64,000 nt of DNA from Diplonema japonicum (taxonomy: Eukaryota; Protista; Euglenozoa: Diplonemea). The stretch covers positions 372,001 through 436,000 of the forward strand of contig OZ025679.1 of assembly GCA_964019335.1 (NCBI GenBank). Direction: 5' to 3'. Positions 56,470-64,000 of this stretch are shown piece after piece; position 1 is the stretch's first letter, and the number at the start of each line of letters is the position of its first letter. The position numbers were made by a program, and so were the translations under genes. A model generated the notes under the pieces. That model was not told the origin of the DNA. It worked only from the letters and a program-made list of their open reading frames with translations, and did not search any database.

Positions 56470-57269
56470 ATTGAAAAAAAAAAAAAAAAAAAAAACGAGA
56501 AAGAAAGTTTTTACAATTTTTTAGGTTTGGTTAGTGGGGTGCGATAACTGATATGAAAATTATTTTATTTTATTGGGGAGGAAGCTCTCCTTTGATCAGC
56601 TATTTGCTACCCCCACCTTTTTTTTTTTTTTTTTTTTCTTGAGGACGGGGGGAGGCGACACACAGCTCTGGAAGGAAAGGTCTGTTTTTTTCTTCACCAC
56701 AATGCCCCAATTTGGCTTTTAAGTCGTATTTACGACTCTCGGGTTAAATAGGGGTCGTCACGTTGCTGTGGTTAGTCATAGATAACCCCCTCTCACACCC
56801 TTACCCTTCTCCCTTTCTTTTTCATTACGTGAGACTTTTTTTTTTTTTCCTCCCTTTCTTTTTTAAAAAGCGTCACATAGCAGCGGTAGTTTTTATTGGG
56901 TAAACAAGAAAGAAAAGAAAAAAAGGAGAAAAAGAAAACAATAATTGTAAATGTAAACTTCCTTCTTGTTGCTTTTTTCTTGTAGCTTGTCAACACCCCC
57001 CTCGAAACATACGCTCACTTTTTTTTTGTTCGTTTCACCACCAAAAAAAAAAAGTCGAAATTTCTTAACACTCAAAAATGGGGTTTGGGGTTCTATGGGG
57101 GTGCGCAGACGCTTTCTATTTCTTTCTTTTCGGCTCTCTGTATTCGATTCCACTCCCCCAGTCTTTCGTTCCAATTCGAAAACTTTTTATTTTTCTCTCT
57201 CCTTCTTCTCTATTTTGTTCCACACTCATCTCAGGAAAAAAAAAAGAAAATAAAAAAGGGGGTATATAA

Positions 57270-60200
57270 ATGGAAGCAGGCGGCGAACAAACGGAAGGCA
57301 CAGATGTCGCGGAACAGGAGGAGGAAGAAGAGGTTAAGATCAACCCGTTTATAATCCCAAACGATTTTACCTTCAGCACGTACCTGATCGAGACAGAGAC
57401 GTCGGCAACTGTGGACACCGCAGAGATTGGGGAGAGGCTGGGAGCGGGCAATGAAGATTGTGTAGTGGTTCTAAGAAGACAGGAGGTGTGCGAGTGGTTC
57501 GCAGAACTTCCTGCAGAAGACAACCCCCCTGAAGAGTCCGCAGCTATGAAGGCACTTCTGCAGAAGGACAGCGAGCCGACAGAGACGCTTCTCGCCCTTG
57601 CCTACCACTACAAGATTGCCTCCTTAGGGATATCGGAGGTCATGGACTTGGAGGCGCAGGCCGCACGGCGTGTTGCGCAGGCGAAAGAGAACGAAGAGCA
57701 CCACCTCCGCCTCATCGAGGCAGGCGAGACACCTGAAGAAGAACCCAGCAACGCCGAGCAGGAACCAATTGCGGATCTCCGTGAGAAGTTAAACTTCATC
57801 ATTTTCCAATCCTACCCTGCCTCTCTTGATGAGCTCTCTACTTTGCAGAGCCTGTCATGGGCCCCCCCTGCACATAAGGACGCTCGGACCATCTCCCTTG
57901 ACACAGTCCTCGTTGTTAACAGCAAACATCCTTTTAAAAGGGCTCCTGAAGCGGGCGACAAAGCAGCGAAACCAGATCCTAAAAAAGCGAAGGCCGGGAA
58001 GGGAAAGGGGAAGGAAGCCGAGGGCACCGAGAGCAAGCCGCCACTCCTCCCGCAGCTCGTGGCCGAGCTGGCTGCGCTGCACTCTGCGAACAAGCAGACC
58101 CCGCTGCGTGACGTCCACATCCACACCTTCACGCTGCAGAACACGTGGTTCGGCACAGCACTGTCGGAGACAGAAGACGAGGTGTACGAAAGATTGCTTA
58201 CGAACATCGGCACACTAGACACACACCGGCGCGCCTTTTCCCAATGGTGCATCGGGAAGCACGGTCGCGAGCTGTCGATCCCCTTGCTAGCCGACATGGA
58301 GCCGCCCGCGCCACCACCTCTACCCCCCACTCCGGTCCCAGTTGTTGAGCCTACAAAAGGCAAGCCTTCATCAGGCAAAAAAGGTAAAGAAGAAGAGCCT
58401 CCACCACAACCACCCCTCGAAGAAAAAGAGCCTTCCGAGGTGGCCCCGCCTGTCGACCCCGCCATGCTGCCCTGCCACAGACGGTACTACGACACCCTTG
58501 CAAAGAAGATGAAGCACCAGACAGTGTCGTTGCCTGGCATGGTGTCCTGCATGGTGGAGCAGATTGTAAGGAACGAGGAGTGCAGAAGAATGCTGAACAA
58601 GCAGAGGGACGCTAAGCCTGCGAACTTCGACATCGAAGAAGCAGCAGATGGCGACGAGACGGAACAGGCGAGCGAGCACAAAGACTCTGCTGTGACAGAG
58701 CATGACGTTGAAACGGTGCAAGAGAGCCAGCAGAAGGCCCCATATGAGGACAGCCTGCTGGACTACATCGATTATGTGTTGGATATTGTAGACGGGGACA
58801 AGGTGATCGCGGCAAAAAAAGCAGAGAAAGGAGAGAAAGACAGGAAGCTAATGGAGGAGCTGCAAGAAGAGAACCCACGCCAGCTGAGCAATGTGCTGAC
58901 GAGCAACAACGTTGCACGGAAGCTGTTCAAGGCTGGGCAGGTGGTTGAGGTGACAATAGGGAGTCTTGAGGGGTACGTCGGCAGCGTGACAGGGCATGCT
59001 AGAGGACGTATTGGAGTGCAGTTCTCTGACGGAAAGCGGGCAGGAGTGCTCCCAACGCACCTGAAGCTAGTCGTGAAGAAAGAAGAGGAGGGCGTTGTGA
59101 AGTACGGAGACGTGATCACCCTGCACAATGTAGGCACAGCCTGCCACGTGAGGGACAGGGACACCTTGTCACTGGAACAAGAAGCTCTCGAACTCATCTC
59201 TGAACTACTGGTCCCTTCCTTCGAAGGCAGCAATGAAGTTGACACGTCGGGGCTCCCACCACTGCCAGCCTCGATGCTCAATAGCGATCCCACCACCCTC
59301 CTCTCCGAAGAGCAAGTCAGCAGATCCCTGGTGCTAATCGCCTTGGAAGGTCTTTTCCACCAGCGGCCTCTCCCACAGGACACCAAGACCGCCGACGAGA
59401 ACCCCGAGGAAGAAGAACCAGAAGAGGTGAAGCAAAAGAAGGCGAGTTTCGCGAACCACATCTATGAAGAAGAGCTTGACAGATCCGTGCTTCTGCAGTA
59501 TCTGTGCAAGGAGAAGTACAGTGGGAAGGACATGCTCAGTGGGTGGTACGACGAAGAGCGGGGACAGGGCCTCATCGTCAACTACCACAGGTACGGCCCG
59601 GACAGGTACAAGTGGGTGGCGTATCAGAACGAGTTCACGGGGAAGGTGTACTTCAACACATGGCTTTCATGGGTAAAGGAGATCATGGAGTTCGAGAGAG
59701 TGCCGACGGTGTACGTGAGGGAGCCTTCCGAGCACGAGGAGGAAGAGGAAGAAGAAGAAATACACGAGGAAGAACACGAACAGAAAGAAGCGGAACCCGT
59801 AGCGGAGGAGCCGGCAGAAGTTGTTTCGGAGCAGCCTGTGGTCGGGTACGAGCCGCCTGTTGACCACAACGCTGAGATGAGGAGGCGCGCACGTATCATG
59901 AGGCTGAAACGGTTTGTGGAAGACGGGTCTGCGCAGCATCTGTACTCCGAGAACCTCACTTCCATCTCCGAGGAAGTGACAAGGTTGTACCCCAGCGACG
60001 GTGCTGTCATCCACGTGGCGCATCTGACTGGTAACACCGACAGCCACCAGACCACTGTGCACCTAGACGACGTCCTCGCCAGCCTCAAGGTCAGCTCGTC
60101 CACTGCAACGGTGCCAGACCCCGCTCTTGAGCCCACCCAGAACCTTGAGGCAGAACCTGTGGAAGGGGATGACCCCCCCGAGCAGGAGGAAAAGGAACCC

Positions 60201-63200
60201 CTTGCACCCACCTCTGCTGTCAACCCCATCTCGTTCACCGCATCCTTTCCCGACACCACCACCTTGAACGTCAGCAGTAAGGTAGACAAGGGGCAGCTCA
60301 AGACATTCACTGAGTACTGCACGATGAGCGGCCTGCACATCTGCCTGCACCCCAACGGGGACATAGAACTCACGAGTGAGTCGCACATCGATGTGCCCTT
60401 ACAGGCACCCTTTGAGGGCGCAGTCGAGGTGCAGGAGATTAAAGTCAACGAGAAGGTCATAGAGCCTATCCCAGAAAAAATGGGAGATCAGGGAAAACAC
60501 CGAAAAGAAACTGTTAGAGTGTTTGATGCAAGGGAGGGTAAGGTGCTGAGCTTGTTGCTGAAGGAGGTGAGTCGGAAGGTTGTGGGTGCGTCTGTGGTGC
60601 GGACCATGGAGGACGGGACGGTGTCGACGCTGATGCCCGATGGGAGCGTGGCCTCGGTGTACCATGGGTGCTGGCTGGTTACGAACGGGTCATCAATGAG
60701 CGTGCTGCGTCATGGTCGGGATGCACCTGAGAAGGTGTGTGACATGCTGACGTCTTCCAACAGGGACAGCGAGTCTAAGGCAATGATCACCACACGTGAG
60801 GACCTAACGATGATCGTCACCTACGATCTTGATGACGGCGCTACGCTTGTAGCACACACGGACGGCACGTCCATCTGGACCAGGCAGGCCCTCGTTGTCA
60901 CAGGTGTCCCCCTTGAAGGCGTCTACAAAGCCGCAGGCTTCCACAATGGGCACCCTTCATACACCAGCAGCGCAGGTTCCCTCACCTACACCGAGCATGG
61001 CTGGGCCTTCTCTGACGGCACCACCGCCGATTCCCTTGAAACTTGTCTCACATCAGTCGCGCAATGGTTCAAAGACAGTGCCATGCAGCACGACCTCAAG
61101 CTGTCCCTCACCAAGCAGTGCCGCATTGAGAGAGACTCGTTCCCAAGCATCGAGGTCTGTGAGGGGCCCAGCAAGAAGCAGATTTACACGAACGACCGTA
61201 CCATTATCCAGTGGAACGGCGCAGATGGGATGGTAGAGCTGCACAAAGCCGACTACAACGCCATCAAGGTCAGCCTCACCAGCCAAGTGGTGACCTTCCA
61301 TCCCGCTTCCCTTCAAGAAGGCACGAGAGAGAGCGAGTCGGAGGGTGTATACTACTTTAACATGCTGACTGGTGCCACAAGGGTGTGTGACTCTGATTTC
61401 ACGACTTACGAGGTGAGCTCCAGGGGGAGGTCGAGGGTGACACCCTACGACGCGATGGGCGAGAACCACCCAGACACGGAAGCGGAAAAGGTAATGACGA
61501 TGGACCCCCCTGTGTGTAGGGTGTTCTACAACCTTGCAGGCGGTACAGTGACAGAGTTCAGTGAAGAGGCACCCGACACCATCACTATAGTACCGAAGCA
61601 GCATCGTGACGGGCTAGTCGAAGGCGGGCTGAAGGAAGCACATGTGACACACCCGCCGACCCTGTACCTCGTCGACCTGCGGAAAGGGACCGCAAAGAGG
61701 TACCTGTCGCCGGAGGACGTGGTGCGGCACTTCAGGCTCATCAGCGACGACAAGGAATGCTCCGAGATCACCTCGCACGCTGTTCCCGGTGACGACGGGA
61801 CAGAGGAAGTGCTGCTGACGCAGATGTACACCACTGAGCCTGACATGAGGCTCACTGAGAAGCTGATCCCCAGAATTGTCCTGGAGACCCAGGACAGGGC
61901 CAAAAAATCCAGATTAGGAATCCCGTCGCAAGGCAGGGTGTCGTTGTTCAACCAGGTCACCACGGACCTTGCTCCAGTGAAGGATGTTCGCGAGTCTGTG
62001 ACGGTGAAACGGAGGTTGTTGAAGGGCACAGAAGTAGGAGAGATGGAACTGTTGCTGCTGAAGCACAACATTAAAAAACTTCGAGATGACAGCAAAACAC
62101 GCGAGGAGCACACAGGGCTGTTGCGGGTGGTGGACGAGCAGACCCCTGATGAGGCACGTGACGAGGAGGAAGTGTGTGCTAAGCTGCAGGAGGTGATCAC
62201 ACGAAGAGAGGAAGAGCACCGCAGGACGGTCAACCTCCATTCAAAGCACAAGGAAGAAGAGCAGCGACTCAGGGGCGAGGAGCTCTCCTTTTGGCACACC
62301 GAAGAGGGATTGGAGGCGGCTGCGAAATGCCTCACGGAAAACGAAAAATACAAACAGGCGGAGAAGGTCCTTGTTCCACAACCGCCACCTGCTGAAGACA
62401 AGCAAGATGCCTCCCCGCATAGCACAGCGGTGGTCAGGGAGCACACTCCAGAGCCCCCACCACGTGACTACCACCTCGACCTCAGCAAGCTGGAGCCCAT
62501 CGTGCAAGCTGGGCCGCACAAGAAGTCGCTCGACGCCGCCAAAACGCTCCTCAAGCAGAAGAAGCCTTCCAACACAGTGCGTTCTGTCTTCGAGGCACTC
62601 TGCATCCTGCTAGGTGAGATCCCAACTTGGGAGAAGGCACTGCACCTCTCCACGACGTCGAACTTCTACTCAAGAATCTTGCATGTTGCAGAGAACCGAG
62701 ACAGGGTATGCAACTGATAAATTCAACAACAAAAAGAAAAAAAAAAACAGATGCCCGACACTATGTTGCCTGCACTGCTGTCGTACATCCCGTTGCTACA
62801 GCCGGAGAGAATCGCTGACAGCATGTGGGAGCTGGCGGCGTTGTCGAACTGGGTGCTGAGCTGCATTATGTATTTGAAGGTTTTGAAGGATGCTGGCGGC
62901 CCTGAGGAGCTAGGGCGGGGGACAGCCGACGAGGAAAGCACAGCAATGGTGACACGTGCCCCTGAGAAAGGGGCCATCCGGGACATATACGGAAATGTGA
63001 GAAACGAGGACATGATGATCAAGAGCTTGAGAAAAGGCGGTGCGTACTCCGATCCGAACAGCGGGTACCTGAGCAGGGAGCAAGGCGTAGCACGGAGGGT
63101 GAAAGTCTGCGGGAACAAAGACCAGCACAAAAGGGTGATCAAAGACACATTGAGGGGGACTAAGGTGGTTTTAGATCCGTTAGACGCCAGCTGTCAAACC

Positions 63201-63650
63201 AGGGCAGTCGTCACACCCGCGGCCCTGCACCTAGGCCATCTTTATGAAGGGAATAAATACACCGCTGACCTGACCTTCACAAACACCGGACAGCTAGCTG
63301 TTCGGTTCATGGTGAAGAGAATGCAGTCTACTGTCCACCCTGGCATAGATAAAGTTATCCAGATCATTTACAAGCAAGGGCTCGTCGCCCCGGGCATGTC
63401 TTGCCGCCTTCAAGTAGTGCTCAATATAGACCGCCAGCTGCCCGACATCAATGAGTGCATTGTCGTCAAGTCCGAGGCTTCTATCTTTCAGGTTCCGATC
63501 ACGGCCACCATCCGCCCTGGGTCAGAGAACGGGTCTAATAAGGTTTGTTGGGGAAGAGGAGGGAAAAAAGAAAAAGAAAAAAAAACAAACAAACAGTTAA
63601 GCCCCGGTGTTCGCAACCTTGGCACCCTTAGACTGCCCGGCATTGTGTGA
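57270..63650 (+). CDS. SPAG17: SPAG17/PF6 central-pair (C1a) flagellar protein, 3 exons
   Basis: MITTREDL..VAHTDGTSIW and C-terminal ASH/PapD-like LGHLYEG..FTNTG..RFMVK..YKQGLVAPGM..FQVPITATI; introns 62706-62750, 63543-63596. Confidence 0.85.
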
Positions 63651-63869
63651 ATACTTTTGCTTTTTTTTTTTTTTTTCTTTTTTTCTTTATATACGCCACC
63701 CTCATCTCCTTTTCTTGAGCGAAAGAAAAAAAAAAAAGAAGGAAAAAAAAAACTTTTTTTTTGTGTAAATGACAATGTCAGTTTTTGAGTTTTCTTTTTT
63801 TTTTTTTTTTTTTTTTTCGTTCATGTATATTTCACGACAGTTCGAAAAAAAAAAAAAAAAAAAAAGAAT

Positions 63870-64000
63870 ATGAAGCGAGTGGTAAGCGATGATGGGATGT
63901 GGGAGGTCGTAACCCGTGAGGATTCTACCCAGTTGTTTTATTGTGTTCAGACGTGTGTCAACAGCCCGTTGAGGATACCCGAAAAAACCACGGGTGGCGG
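63870..64000 (+). CDS. 5' end of next gene (runs off window)
   Basis: ATG after A-tract; open frame MKRVVSDDGMWEVVTRED... to the window end. Confidence 0.55.
   Translation, partial: MKRVVSDDGMWEVVTREDSTQLFYCVQTCVNSPLRIPEKTTGG

Noticed and set aside
60-57523. Numerous short poly-Lys/poly-Phe ORFs in spacers
   Set aside because: Translations of A/T homopolymer tracts
63828-63839. TATTTCACGACA matching the right end of the 28880-29476 element
   Set aside because: Only 12 bp, with no partner end in the window
1-64000. tRNA, rRNA, spliced-leader RNA genes, CRISPR arrays, non-canonical (non GT-AG) introns
   Set aside because: None recognisable; all reconstructed introns fit GT-AG

Overview
Eukaryotic nuclear DNA, most likely a euglenozoan (diplonemid-like; inferred, not proven). 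All ~27 host genes lie on the + strand with short spacers, consistent with a polycistronic directional gene cluster. Thirty GT-AG cis-introns of 33-82 nt can be reconstructed. Most have poly(A) where a polypyrimidine tract is expected, and 27 of 30 lie in the 3' half of their CDS. Recognisable genes: Aha1-N, SMYD-like SET, F-box/LRR, a four-domain Cav/Nav-type channel (D-D-E-E filter), PPR-like, APC6/Cdc16, a tandem-RRM/GTP cyclohydrolase I fusion, a pseudokinase, NCKX, DENR, TPR/IQ, metaxin/FAX-like, TMC, eL41, SPF30, Vps41 (partial, next to a 200-N gap), PDZ-repeat, C2, DEG/ENaC-like and SPAG17/PF6. Mobile DNA: a decayed piggyBac (TTAA target, 13-bp TIRs), a deleted OTU+RT retroelement with a 9-bp TSD, a 1-kb MITE and other inverted-repeat elements. 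The most striking unexplained signals are: (i) long intergenic spacers built of nested complementary stems, including one hairpin conserved at two loci; (ii) poly(A) introns with a 3' bias; (iii) the RRM-GCH1 fusion. Homopolymer lengths may be assembly-inflated. All family calls are from motif recognition by eye, without database searches.
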